Shown: positions 1 to 9,416 of the stretch, in pieces
How positions within the stretch are numbered: the stretch's first letter is position 1
Layout of the letters: each line of letters opens with the position of its first letter
NCBI GenBank assembly: GCA_038231135.1
Contig: JBBRLX010000005.1
Location: 64,001 to 128,000 of the forward strand
Origin: Candidatus Eiseniibacteriota bacterium
Lineage (GTDB): Bacteria > Eisenbacteria > RBG-16-71-46
DNA: 64,000 bases
Reading direction: 5' to 3'
Program-made: the position numbers and the translations under genes
The notes under the pieces: generated by a model
What the model was told of the DNA's origin: nothing
Database searches by the model: none
Seen by the model: only the letters and a program-made list of their open reading frames with translations

Positions 1-5
1 GATCG

Positions 6-896
6 ATGGTGTGGCTGCCCGACCGCACCGCGCTGCTGGGGTTGATGCCGGGCTATCTCGGCGAGCCCCGCAGCTTCGGCCTCAAGGTGGTGAGCATCGT
101 GCCCGGCAACCACGGCACCGAATTCGATTCGCACCAGGGCGTGGTGATGCTGTTCGGCGTCGAGCACGGCGAGCCGCTGGCGGTGATCGACGCCAGCTCG
201 ATCACCGCGATTCGCACCGCCGCCGTGAGCGGCGTGGCAACGCGGACGCTCGCGAACCCGAATGCCGGCAATCTCGCGATCCTCGGCAGCGGAGTCCAGG
301 CGCGGAGCCACCTGGCCGCGATGCTGGCGGTGCGCCCGGTATGGCGGGTGCGGGTATGGAGCCGCAACGCCGAGCATGCGCGCGGGTTCGCCGCGGCCGA
401 GGCCGCGCGCCACGGCATCGCGGTCGAGGTGACCGGTACCGCGGAGGCCGCGGTGCGCGGCGCGGACCTGATCTGCACCGCCACCGCCGCGCGCGAGCCG
501 GTGCTGCACGGCGCGTGGCTCGCGCCGGGGGCCCACGTGAATGCCGTGGGCGCGTGCTTCAAGGACGGACGCGAGCTCGATGGCGCCGCCGTCGCCCACG
601 CGCGGCTCTACGTCGACCGCCGCGAATCGGCGATGGCCGAGGCGGGCGACTTCCTGCTCGCGCGCGCCGAGGGCGCGGTCGGCGACGCGCACATCCTGGG
701 CGAGCTGGGCGACGTGCTGTTGGGCCAGGTGCCCGGGCGCGCGGGTGCGGACGACATCACGTTGTTCGAGTCGCTCGGCATCGCGATCGAGGACCTGGCC
801 GCGGCGCACCACATCCTGCGCCGGGCGAACGAGACCGGCACCGGCCTCGCGGTGGAGCTCGGACCGGGCCGCTCCGTTCACACCGCCCAGCCATGA
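6..896 (+). CDS. Ornithine cyclodeaminase / mu-crystallin family protein (probably 5'-truncated by the window edge)
   Basis: Motifs GLKVVS, ITAIRTAAVS, Rossmann ILGSGVQA, HVNAVGA and FESLGIAIEDLAAA. Its stop overlaps the next ATG (ATGA). Confidence 0.9.
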   Translation: MVWLPDRTALLGLMPGYLGEPRSFGLKVVSIVPGNHGTEFDSHQGVVMLFGVEHGEPLAVIDASSITAIRTAAVSGVATRTLANPNAGNLAILGSGVQARSHLAAMLAVRPVWRVRVWSRNAEHARGFAAAEAARHGIAVEVTGTAEAAVRGADLICTATAAREPVLHGAWLAPGAHVNAVGACFKDGRELDGAAVAHARLYVDRRESAMAEAGDFLLARAEGAVGDAHILGELGDVLLGQVPGRAGADDITLFESLGIAIEDLAAAHHILRRANETGTGLAVELGPGRSVHTAQP

Positions 897-1852
897 CCGC
901 GCCCGGGATCCCGTCGATCGACGTGATCCGCGCCACGCGCGAGCGCATCGCCGGCGCCGTGCTGCGTACGCCGCTCGTGCGCCTGGACTCGGACCGCGAC
1001 GCCGAGATCTGGCTCAAGCTCGAAATGCTGCAGCCGATCGGTTCGTTCAAGCTGCGCGGCGCGACGAACGCGCTCGCCACGGCGCCCGCAGACGCGCTCG
1101 CCCGCGGCGTGTGGACGGCGAGCGCCGGCAACATGGCCCAGGGCGTCGCGTGGCAGGCGCGGCGACTCGGCGTGCCGTGCACGGTCGTGGCACCCGACCA
1201 CGCGCCCCGGATCAAGCTCGCGGCGATCGAGCGGCTCGGCGCGCGGGTGGTCACCGTGCCGTTCGCCGACTGGTGGCGAGCGCTGACCGAGCACGCGCAT
1301 CCGGGCATGGACGGCTGGTTCATCCATCCGGTGAGCGACCCGGCGGTGATCGCCGGCAACGCCACGATCGGGCTCGAGATCGCGGAGGAGCTCGCGGAGT
1401 TCGACACGGTGCTCGTGCCCTATGGCGGCGGCGGCCTGAGCTGCGGCATCGCGGCCGCGCTGCGCGCGGTGCGACCCCGGGCGCGCGTACTGGCGTGCGA
1501 GGTCGAGACCGCGGCGCCGCTCGCGTCCGCGCTCGCGGCCGGGGCGCCCGTGGCGATCGATTACACGCCGAGCTTCGTCGACGGCATCGGCGGCCGTGGT
1601 GTGCTCGCCGAGATGTGGCCGCTCGCCCGCGAGCTGCTCGCCGGCTCGATCGTCGTGTCGCTCGCCCAGATTGCCGATGCGATCCGGCTGCTGGTCGAGC
1701 GCCAGCGCGTGGTCGCCGAAGGCGCGGGCGCCGCGTCGCTCGCCGCGGCGCTCGGCGGCACCGCACCCGGCCGCCGCATCGTGTGCGTGATCTCGGGCGG
1801 CAACCTCGACCCCGGAGTGCTTGCGAAGCTGCTGCAGGGCGTGATGCCCTGA
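893..1852 (+). CDS. PLP-dependent threonine/serine dehydratase family protein (fold type II)
   Basis: KLEMLQPIGSFKLRGA (PLP lysine), SAGN, VPYGGGGL, ISGGN. Start ATG 893 overlaps the upstream stop; the N-terminal half of the 613-aa track ORF is shadow. Confidence 0.9.
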   Translation: MTAPGIPSIDVIRATRERIAGAVLRTPLVRLDSDRDAEIWLKLEMLQPIGSFKLRGATNALATAPADALARGVWTASAGNMAQGVAWQARRLGVPCTVVAPDHAPRIKLAAIERLGARVVTVPFADWWRALTEHAHPGMDGWFIHPVSDPAVIAGNATIGLEIAEELAEFDTVLVPYGGGGLSCGIAAALRAVRPRARVLACEVETAAPLASALAAGAPVAIDYTPSFVDGIGGRGVLAEMWPLARELLAGSIVVSLAQIADAIRLLVERQRVVAEGAGAASLAAALGGTAPGRRIVCVISGGNLDPGVLAKLLQGVMP

Positions 1853-1972
1853 CGGAACGCCGCGCCGCAGGTCACTGGAGGCCTGCAAGCCCGTAGAGTC
1901 TGGTGACGGGCGCGGAACGCCCCAGCCTGCTCGTCGTCGCCGAGGCGACACGACCTCCACCGGAGAGTGCCC

Positions 1973-2647
1973 ATGGCCTACAAGCCCAAGCCCCACCTGC
2001 AATGCGACATGCCCGCCCGTCACCCGCTGCGGGTTCTGGTGCTCAATGGCTCGCTCAAGCACGAGCCCGATGTATCGAACACCGACGAACTCGCGCACGA
2101 GGTGGTGCAGAACATGGGATCGAGCTGCAGCGTGCACAGCGAATTCATTCGGATCGCCGATCGGAGCCTGCCGGTCGGGCTGGGATTCCGGGAGGGCGAC
2201 GCTGACGACTGGCCCGAGATCGTCGCCCAGATCAAGGCCGCGGACATCGTGATCTTCGCGACTCCGGTGTGGTGGGGGGGGCGTTCGAGCCTGATGCAAC
2301 GGGTGATCGAGCGCTTCGACGCGCTCGACGAGGAATACCACGCCTCGGGTCGCAGCGCCCTCTACAACAAGGTCGCGGGCATCGTGGTCACGGGCAGTGA
2401 GGATGGTGCGCTCGCCACGATGGGCTCGATCATGATGGTGCTGACGTGGATGGGGTTCACGCTACCCCCCGAGTGCGCCGCCTACTGGGTCGGCGAGGTG
2501 GGGTTCCCGCCGGCCGGTGACCGCGCCAAGCGGCTGGGCAATGCGGCCACTGCGAACATGGCGCGCAATCTGGCCCGCAATCTCGTTTACTACGCCCAAT
2601 TGCTCAAGGAGCGCCCGCTCGAGACGAAACCGGCCGTCACGACGTAA
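1973..2647 (+). CDS. Flavodoxin-like NAD(P)H-dependent FMN reductase family protein
   Basis: VLVLNGSL, ADIVIFATPVWWG, YNKVAGIVVTGSEDGA. GGAG lies upstream of ATG 1973. Confidence 0.85.
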   Translation: MAYKPKPHLQCDMPARHPLRVLVLNGSLKHEPDVSNTDELAHEVVQNMGSSCSVHSEFIRIADRSLPVGLGFREGDADDWPEIVAQIKAADIVIFATPVWWGGRSSLMQRVIERFDALDEEYHASGRSALYNKVAGIVVTGSEDGALATMGSIMMVLTWMGFTLPPECAAYWVGEVGFPPAGDRAKRLGNAATANMARNLARNLVYYAQLLKERPLETKPAVTT

Positions 2648-2656
2648 CGCAACCGG

Positions 2657-3331
2657 CTACACCGCCCCGAACCGTTTCCGCACCAGGAACGCCAGGTTGT
2701 GGAAGCCGTCGCGCCACTTCTGGAGCTTCACTTCGCCCACGCGTTCGCCGTAGGGAATGTGCGACTCGCCGAACGGTACCCGCAGCCGCAGGGCCTCGAG
2801 CTTGATCTCCTCGCTGAACGCCATGCCGTCCGAGGTCAGCTTCATGCGGGGCAGCAGCGTGCGGCGGAACACCCACATGCCCGACTGGCTGTCGATCAGC
2901 GTACGGAAGAACAGCAGCCGGGTCCCGATCGTGAGCACGCTGTTGCCGAACTGGTTCATGACGCCCATTGCCGCGGGATTCGCGAGCGGAAACCGGCACG
3001 CCGACAGGAATTCCCAGTCCCGATCCACGAGCTCGCCCACCAGCCGCGGAATCTCCTCGGGCGGGTACGAGGCGTCGCCGTCGAGCGTCACCAGCACGTC
3101 GCCGGTCGCGCGCGGCAGCCCCGTCTTGTAGGCCGCGCCATACCCGCGCACCGGGGCCGGCACCACGATGGCCCCCAGGCCGGCCGCCACCCGGGCTGAG
3201 GCGTCCGTGCTGCCGTTGTCCGCGACCACCACCTCGTCGACCCCCGCGGGCATGCGGCCGAGCACCTCCCGAATGCCGTGTTCCTCGTTGAAGCACGGGA
3301 TCACCACACTGACGGTGTGATTGCGGATCAT
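2657..3331 (-). CDS. GT2 glycosyltransferase (DPM1-like polyprenol-phosphate glycosyltransferase)
   Basis: VSVVIPCFNEE, VVADNGSTD, GYGAA, TLDGDASY (DxD), DSQSG, RVGEVKL. Confidence 0.9.
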   Translation of the reverse strand: MIRNHTVSVVIPCFNEEHGIREVLGRMPAGVDEVVVADNGSTDASARVAAGLGAIVVPAPVRGYGAAYKTGLPRATGDVLVTLDGDASYPPEEIPRLVGELVDRDWEFLSACRFPLANPAAMGVMNQFGNSVLTIGTRLLFFRTLIDSQSGMWVFRRTLLPRMKLTSDGMAFSEEIKLEALRLRVPFGESHIPYGERVGEVKLQKWRDGFHNLAFLVRKRFGAV

Positions 3332-3599
3332 GCGGGGGAGTCTCGGAGTGGCGGCCGGAGGATCGTGGACGCGCACACTCTACCAAATCGCGATCGAGCG
3401 CCGTCACCGCGCGTCGACGCCACACGCACCGCCGAACGCCCGCACGCGCGCCGAGTCCGCACACCGTCGCGATCATGATGTTGAAAAATCGCACGCGAAG
3501 GTGCTCAAACCGTATCGATCCGGCGAGGGCTATGGTAATTTGACGTCCGCAAGGTGCGCCCATGTGGCGCATGATGTCCCCCACTCAAGCGCCGGTGCG

Positions 3600-4757
3600 A
3601 TGTCCATGGAAGAACATCCCGTCCGCCTCGTCCTCGTCGATCTGTCGCGCACCGCCGGCGTCGCCCAGCGCTCGCTGTGGGAGCTCGCGACGCGCCTGCC
3701 GCGCGAACACTACTCGGTGCGTGTGTGGCTGTCGGCGGATCCCGCCGCGGAGGGCCTCGCCGAGGCGCTCGAATCGGCCGGGTTCGGAGTCGAGCGCTTC
3801 GACGATCCGGGCCGGCGCTGGGACCTCAAGACCCCGTTCCACCTGTGGCTAAGGCTCCGCCGCGAGCGCCCGCAACTGGTCCACGTGCAGCACACCGAGC
3901 CCGCGTCGCTGCGCATCGCGCGGGCCGCAGAGTCCGACGGCGTGCCGGTCGTGATCACGCAGCACGCCACTGCGCCGGTCACACCCGAAACGGCCCGCGT
4001 CTACCAGAAAGCCGACGTGGTTGTGTCGGTCGTGCGGTCCGGCATCGAGACGCTGGTCACCGAGGCCGGCGTCGGGCGCGAGCGGGTGCGGTGGATTCCC
4101 TACGGCACCAACCCGGCCGACGAGTCGGAGCGCGGCCCCGCGCGGGCCTGCCGGGAGTACCTCGGCGCCCGTCCGCTCAAGCCGCTGTGGGTGTGCCCGC
4201 TGTGGCTCGAACGGCGGCGCGGCCACGAGGTGCTGCTCGAAGCGCTCGCCGAGGTGCGCCGCCGCGACCTCGATTTCACCGCCGCGTTCGGCGCCGACGG
4301 CCCCATGCGCACCGAGCTCGAGCGCCGCGCCGCCCAGCTCGGGATCGGCGACAACATGCGGTTCCTCGAGGTTGGCGAGCACCTGGGCACGCTGCTGTCG
4401 GCGGCGGACGCCGTGGTGTTCCCGATGATCGACGGCCCGCTGCCGCTCACGCTGCTCGACGCCATGGCGCGCGCGAAGCCCGTGGTCGCGAGCGCGATCC
4501 CGCCGGTGGCGGACGTGATCGAGGACGGGGTCGACGGCCGGCTGGTCCCGGCCGGAGCACCGCTCGAGCTTGCGGACGTGCTGGCGTCGTTCCATCACCG
4601 GCCCGACGCCGCGATTCGCATGGGGCGGCAGGCCGAGGCCCGGATGCGCGAGGTATTCGCGTGGGATCGTGTCGTCGACGCCTACGAGACGGCGTACGAC
4701 GAAGTGCTCGGGCTCGCGAGCTTCACGCCGGGCACGAGCGCGAGCTCCCGGGACTGA
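3600..4757 (+). CDS. GT4 (GT-B) glycosyltransferase-like protein with degenerate catalytic motifs
   Basis: GHEVLLEAL, LLSAADAVVFP, LPLTLLDAMARAKPVVAS, VIEDGVDGRLV, FAWDRVVDAYE. Start inferred. Confidence 0.8.
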   Translation: MSMEEHPVRLVLVDLSRTAGVAQRSLWELATRLPREHYSVRVWLSADPAAEGLAEALESAGFGVERFDDPGRRWDLKTPFHLWLRLRRERPQLVHVQHTEPASLRIARAAESDGVPVVITQHATAPVTPETARVYQKADVVVSVVRSGIETLVTEAGVGRERVRWIPYGTNPADESERGPARACREYLGARPLKPLWVCPLWLERRRGHEVLLEALAEVRRRDLDFTAAFGADGPMRTELERRAAQLGIGDNMRFLEVGEHLGTLLSAADAVVFPMIDGPLPLTLLDAMARAKPVVASAIPPVADVIEDGVDGRLVPAGAPLELADVLASFHHRPDAAIRMGRQAEARMREVFAWDRVVDAYETAYDEVLGLASFTPGTSASSRD

Positions 4758-4817
4758 CCGCGTTGGCGCCGCACCCGGCGCTATGCTAGTGCTCCCGATT
4801 CACTCCCGAGGACTTCG

Positions 4818-5876
4818 ATGCCCCAGCGCAACGTACTGGTGCTCGCCGGCGGTCGCGGTGAGCGCTTCTGGCCATGGAGCACCGATGCGCGCCCCAAGCA
4901 GCTGCTGCCGCTCGCGAGCGGCGGGCGCACGCTGCTGGCGGCCACGCTCGAGCGCGCGCTGCGGCTCGCGGCTCCCGATCGCGTGCTGGTGCTGACGTCC
5001 TCGGCGCTGGCGGAGGCCGTGCGCCGCGATTGCGCGCCGTTCGGCGTCCAGGTCGCCGGCGAGCCCATGATGAGGAACACCGCGCCCGCGATCGGCGCGG
5101 CGGCCGAGTGGTTCGCCGCCGCGGGAGGCGACCCGGCGTTCGCCGTGCTGCCGGCCGACCACGCGATCGAGGACCTCGACCGGTTCACCGCCGACATGGA
5201 GCGCGCGTTCGGGGTGGCCGAGCGGGAGCCGGTGCTGGTGACGTTCGGCGTGCGCCCCACCAGTCCCGAGACCGGCTACGGTTACATCGAGGGCGGCGAC
5301 CGGCTCGGCGACCGGCTGTTCCGCGTGGCGCGGTTCACCGAGAAGCCCGATCGCGCGACCGCCGAGGCGTGGCTCGCGGACGGCCGTCACCTGTGGAACA
5401 GCGGCATGTTCGTGTGGCGGAGCTCGGTGTTCCTGGGCGCGCTCCAGGCGTCGCGGCCGGCGCTCGCGAAGCCGCTCGCCGCACTCCGCGCGGGCGGGGA
5501 CATGGCGGCGTTCGAGCGCGGGCTCGCCGCGGTGTTCCCCGCGCTGGAATCGATCTCGGTCGACTACGCCGTGCTCGAGCATGCGCCCAACACGCTCACG
5601 ATCGAGGCGTCGTTCGACTGGGACGACCTGGGCTCGTGGGCCGCGTGGGCCGGCCATCAGCCGCGCGACGGCGACGGCAACGTGACGTTCGGCCGCGCGA
5701 TCGCGATCGACTGCCGCAACTGCATCGTGGTGGGCGAGGGCGGGGTCGCGGCCGCGCTGGGCCTGAGCGACATGGTGGTGGTGCATGTGAACGGCGCGAC
5801 GCTGGCGTGCCGCGTGGACGACAGCGAGCGGGTGCGGCTCGCGAGCGCCGCCGCGCGCGCGGGGAGCGCGGCGTGA
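4818..5876 (+). CDS. manC: Mannose-1-phosphate guanylyltransferase
   Basis: VLAGGRGERFWPWS..PKQLL, EPMMRNTAPA, PADH, PETGYGYI, FTEKP, WNSGMF, SVDYAVLE, WDDLGSW. GAGG SD upstream. Confidence 0.92.
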   Translation: MPQRNVLVLAGGRGERFWPWSTDARPKQLLPLASGGRTLLAATLERALRLAAPDRVLVLTSSALAEAVRRDCAPFGVQVAGEPMMRNTAPAIGAAAEWFAAAGGDPAFAVLPADHAIEDLDRFTADMERAFGVAEREPVLVTFGVRPTSPETGYGYIEGGDRLGDRLFRVARFTEKPDRATAEAWLADGRHLWNSGMFVWRSSVFLGALQASRPALAKPLAALRAGGDMAAFERGLAAVFPALESISVDYAVLEHAPNTLTIEASFDWDDLGSWAAWAGHQPRDGDGNVTFGRAIAIDCRNCIVVGEGGVAAALGLSDMVVVHVNGATLACRVDDSERVRLASAAARAGSAA

Positions 5877-6922
5877 CGCCCGACGCGAGGTTGCGCGCGG
5901 GCATCCGGCTCAGGCTCGAAGCCGGCTGGTTCCGGCGCGGCATCGCACTCGCGGCGCTGGCCGCGCTCGGCGGTTGTGGCGTGCCGCCGATCACGACCGT
6001 CGGGCCGCCGCGGCCGGTGACGGCGCGCGACACCACGATCGTACACACGACGCCGCCCCGGCCGCGCGCGGCCGGCTCGCGGTCGCATGCGCCCGCCGAC
6101 AGCCTGCCGTCGGCCGATGCGCTGGCGGTGCTGTCCACGCTGCCCGAGCCGCTCGCGCCCGGGATGCGCGTGGCGCCGCCCGTTGCGCCGCCCGTCGTCG
6201 CCCCGCCCGTGATCGTCGCGCCGCCGGTCGTAACGACGCCGTCCGATACCGGTGCCACGTCGTCGCGGGGCGCTCCCGGCGCCGCCGCGTCCGACTCCAC
6301 GCGCGCGCCGTCCGACTCCGCGGCCGCGGCCCCGGCCGCCGAGCCCGGCATGACGGCTGACAGCACGATCGCGCCCGCGGATTCCGCGGCGCTCGGCGAC
6401 AGCGCGTCGGTTCCGACCCCGTCTCCCACGCCCATGCTCGGCGAGAATCCGAATCCGCTGCTGCAGGGCGGGCTGCCCGGGGATACGGCGGGTACGGCGC
6501 CGGTCACGCCGGGCGGCGCCGCGTCGAATCCGACGCCCGCGAACATCGCCGCCCCCGGCGGTGACGGCTCGACGACGCCGACCGCCGCAAGCAGTGGCGC
6601 GTCCGCGGCGCCGGCGTGCTGGCGCGTGCAGATCCTGGCCCCGAAGGATCGCGCGACGGCCCAATCGCGGCGCTCGGCGGCCGAATCGCTGCTGCTGACA
6701 CCCATGGTGATCGAGCCGCAGGCGGGACTGTTCAAGATCCGCACGCGCGACTGTTTCGACCACACCGCCGCCGACCTGCTGCGCGATCGCGCCGTGGCGT
6801 CGGGGTTCTCGGGCGCGTTCACGCTGGAGCCGCCGAAGCCCGCCGCACCCGCGAAGCCCGCGGCGCGCAAACCGGCCCATCGCTCGCGGACCCACACCTC
6901 AACGCCGGTCCGGCGGAAGTGA
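5873..6922 (+). CDS. Lipoprotein with long Pro/Ala-rich linker and C-terminal SPOR-like peptidoglycan-binding domain
   Basis: GTG overlaps the manC stop; lipobox ALGGC; C-terminal WRVQILA...LFKIR...A..LRDRAVASGFSGAF. Confidence 0.7.
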   Translation: MTPDARLRAGIRLRLEAGWFRRGIALAALAALGGCGVPPITTVGPPRPVTARDTTIVHTTPPRPRAAGSRSHAPADSLPSADALAVLSTLPEPLAPGMRVAPPVAPPVVAPPVIVAPPVVTTPSDTGATSSRGAPGAAASDSTRAPSDSAAAAPAAEPGMTADSTIAPADSAALGDSASVPTPSPTPMLGENPNPLLQGGLPGDTAGTAPVTPGGAASNPTPANIAAPGGDGSTTPTAASSGASAAPACWRVQILAPKDRATAQSRRSAAESLLLTPMVIEPQAGLFKIRTRDCFDHTAADLLRDRAVASGFSGAFTLEPPKPAAPAKPAARKPAHRSRTHTSTPVRRK

Positions 6923-6932
6923 TCGGAATGCC

Positions 6933-8189
6933 ATGACCGCCCAGCGCTCCCCAGCTTCGAAGCCGACCGCCTCCGCACTCGTGCTGTTCGAGGATTTGCG
7001 CTGGCGCGAGCTGCGGCCGCTCACGGATCTGACGGCGGTGCCCGCGCTGGCGTTCGGTGCCTCGACGCTGGGCGAGCGCTGGCAGGCCGCGACCCGGCTG
7101 CCGTTGCGCGCGGTGGTTGCCCGCCCGGAACTGCCGTCGCCGACGCCGGGGGGCGCCGCAGCCGATTCGGCCGAGGAACTGCTCGTGATCAATGCGGCGG
7201 CACTGCCGGGTCCGTGGCTCGACGCCGTGCTCGGCGCCACCGCGCCCGCGGTGTTCGCCGCCGGCGGAGTCATCGTGGCGGCACGGGTGGCGGCGGCGAC
7301 GATCGCGCCCGCGCTCGCGGGCGCCCAGCCGATGGAGGACACGCTGGCCGCGCTCGTGACTCCCGTGGCCGTCGAGGCGCGCCGCATCGCGCGGCCGTGG
7401 GACGTGATCGCCTGGAACCCCGCAGCGATCGCGGAAGACCTGGCACTACTCGCGCCTGTCCGCGATGGGTCCGTGCATCCGCAGGCGGTGTTGCTCGGTC
7501 CCGAGCGTATCGCGATCGGCCGCGACGCCCGCATCGACCCGCTGGCGGTCCTCGACGCGCGCGAAGGCCCGATCGGGATCGGAGCCGGCGTGCGGGTGCT
7601 CCCGAATACCGTGGTCGTGGGGCCATGTTCCGTCGGGCCGGGCACCCAGTTGCTCGGCGGCTATGTGTCGCGCTCCACGTTCGGTCCCGAATGCCGGATC
7701 GCGGGCGAGGTCGAGGATTGCGTATGGCAGGGCTACGGGAACAAGCGCCATCACGGGTTCGTCGGCCACAGCGTAATCGGCGAGTGGGTCAACCTCGGGG
7801 CGCTCACCACCACGAGCGATCTCAAGAACAACTATGGGACGGTGCGGGTGTGGGTGGACGGTCTCGAGATCGACAGCGGCAGCCCCAAGGTGGGATCGCT
7901 GATCGGCGCCCACGTCAAGACCGGGATCGGCACGCTGCTGCCGACCGGGGCGAGCGTTGGGACCGGGTCCAACCTGTTCGGCGGCGGCCGGTTCGCTCCC
8001 AAGGCGCTGCCGCCGTTCGCGTGGTGGGACGGCGAACGCATCGTGGACCACCAGATCGAGCCGTTCCTGCGCACGGCCCGGATCGCCATGTCGCGGCGGG
8101 GCCGCGAGTTGACCGCGGACGACGAACTCAGGTTGCGCGGCGCCTTCCAGTCGAGCGCCGCCGAGCGCGAGTCCGCCCGCCAGCGCTGA
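6933..8189 (+). CDS. GlmU-related sugar nucleotidyltransferase-like protein with left-handed beta-helix (hexapeptide) domain
   Basis: N-terminal LFED...LRPLT...G..TLGERW; C-terminal LDAREGPI, IAGEVE, NKRHHGFVGHSVIGEWVNLGA.T..SDLKNNY. Confidence 0.8.
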   Translation: MTAQRSPASKPTASALVLFEDLRWRELRPLTDLTAVPALAFGASTLGERWQAATRLPLRAVVARPELPSPTPGGAAADSAEELLVINAAALPGPWLDAVLGATAPAVFAAGGVIVAARVAAATIAPALAGAQPMEDTLAALVTPVAVEARRIARPWDVIAWNPAAIAEDLALLAPVRDGSVHPQAVLLGPERIAIGRDARIDPLAVLDAREGPIGIGAGVRVLPNTVVVGPCSVGPGTQLLGGYVSRSTFGPECRIAGEVEDCVWQGYGNKRHHGFVGHSVIGEWVNLGALTTTSDLKNNYGTVRVWVDGLEIDSGSPKVGSLIGAHVKTGIGTLLPTGASVGTGSNLFGGGRFAPKALPPFAWWDGERIVDHQIEPFLRTARIAMSRRGRELTADDELRLRGAFQSSAAERESARQR

Positions 8190-8210
8190 CTTCCACGCGT
8201 CCGGGCAGGC

Positions 8211-8240
8211 TTGACCCCATCTCCAACCCCTCTCTAGACT
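8211..8240 (+). promoter_or_regulatory. Putative sigma70 promoter for galT-like/glgA
   Basis: TTGACC-N18-TAGACT, about 60 nt before the ATG. Confidence 0.5.
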
Positions 8241-8298
8241 CGATCGGCTTGTGCGGAGGGTATGGTCCGCACGCCGAATATCCCGCACGAGGAGACAC

Positions 8299-9312
8299 AT
8301 GCCCGAGCTCAGGAAGGACCCTGTGGTGGGACGCTGGGTCATCATTTCGACCGAGCGCAGCCGCCGGCCCACCCACTTCACCACCACCACCACCCAGCGT
8401 AACACCTACGCCTGCCCGTTCTGCCCCGGCAGCGAGGACAAGACGCCACCCGAGGTGTACGCCTGGCGTCCCGGCCACGAGGCCCCCAATACGCCGGGCT
8501 GGCAGGTGCGTGTGGTGCCGAACAAGTTCCCGGCCCTGCAGATCGAGGGCGGGCTCGACCGGCGCGGGGAGGGGCTGTACGACAAGATGAACGGGGTCGG
8601 GGCCCACGAAGTCGTGATCGAGGGGCCTGAACACGACAAGGATCTGGCCGATCTGCCGGTGGAACACATCCAGCAGGTGCTGCTGGCCTATCGCGCGCGC
8701 GTGCTGGACCTGCACCGCGACCGCCGGTTCCGCTACGTGCTGATCTTCAAGAACCACGGCGCCCAGGCCGGCGCCACGCTCGAGCACACCCACACCCAGC
8801 TCATCGCCACGCCGATCGTGCCCCGCATCCTGCAGGAGGAGATCGACGGCAGCCGGCGCTACTACGAACTCAAGGAGCGCTGCGTGTTCTGTGACATCGT
8901 GGCGCAGGAGACGGCCGACAATAACGGCCGGCGCGTGGTGTCGATGACCGACCGGTTCGTGGTGCTCGAGCCCTACGCGCCGCGGTTTCCGTTCGAGACC
9001 TGGATCCTGCCGCGCAAGCACGACGATTCGTTCCACAATCTCGAGGACGACGAGGAGTTCCACGACCTGGCCACGGTTCTCAAGGACACGCTCCAGCGCC
9101 TGAATCGCGCGCTCGACCGTCCGCCCTACAACTTCGCCATCCACACGGCGCCGGTCGGCGACACGCCGCTCGAGCACTATCACTGGCATCTGGAGATCAT
9201 GCCCACGCTCACACGCGTCGCCGGGTTCGAGATCGGCTCCGGGTTCTACATAAACCCGACGCCCCCCGAGGACGCCGCCCAGTACCTGCGAGAGATCGCG
9301 GTCGAAGCGTGA
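8299..9312 (+). CDS. galT: GalT-like (HIT superfamily) hexose-1-phosphate nucleotidyltransferase
   Basis: MPELRKDP...WVII...RSRRP, CPFCPG, VPNKFPAL, FKNHG..AGATLEHTHTQ, CVFCD, YHWHLEI, GFEIGSGFYINP. SD GAGGAG. Confidence 0.88.
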   Translation: MPELRKDPVVGRWVIISTERSRRPTHFTTTTTQRNTYACPFCPGSEDKTPPEVYAWRPGHEAPNTPGWQVRVVPNKFPALQIEGGLDRRGEGLYDKMNGVGAHEVVIEGPEHDKDLADLPVEHIQQVLLAYRARVLDLHRDRRFRYVLIFKNHGAQAGATLEHTHTQLIATPIVPRILQEEIDGSRRYYELKERCVFCDIVAQETADNNGRRVVSMTDRFVVLEPYAPRFPFETWILPRKHDDSFHNLEDDEEFHDLATVLKDTLQRLNRALDRPPYNFAIHTAPVGDTPLEHYHWHLEIMPTLTRVAGFEIGSGFYINPTPPEDAAQYLREIAVEA

Positions 9313-9416
9313 GCGGTTAGGCGACCGACGATGATGACGGACCCCTCGAACGTGTCCGAGAGGCGCGGGCGATGCACCGCGCGCCGGAACACGTTCGCAT
9401 GCATGACTGGGCTGCG

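Noticed and set aside
8380..8394. (ACC)5 tract in the galT-like gene
   Set aside because: A short in-frame Thr run in a variable loop; it cannot cause phase variation.
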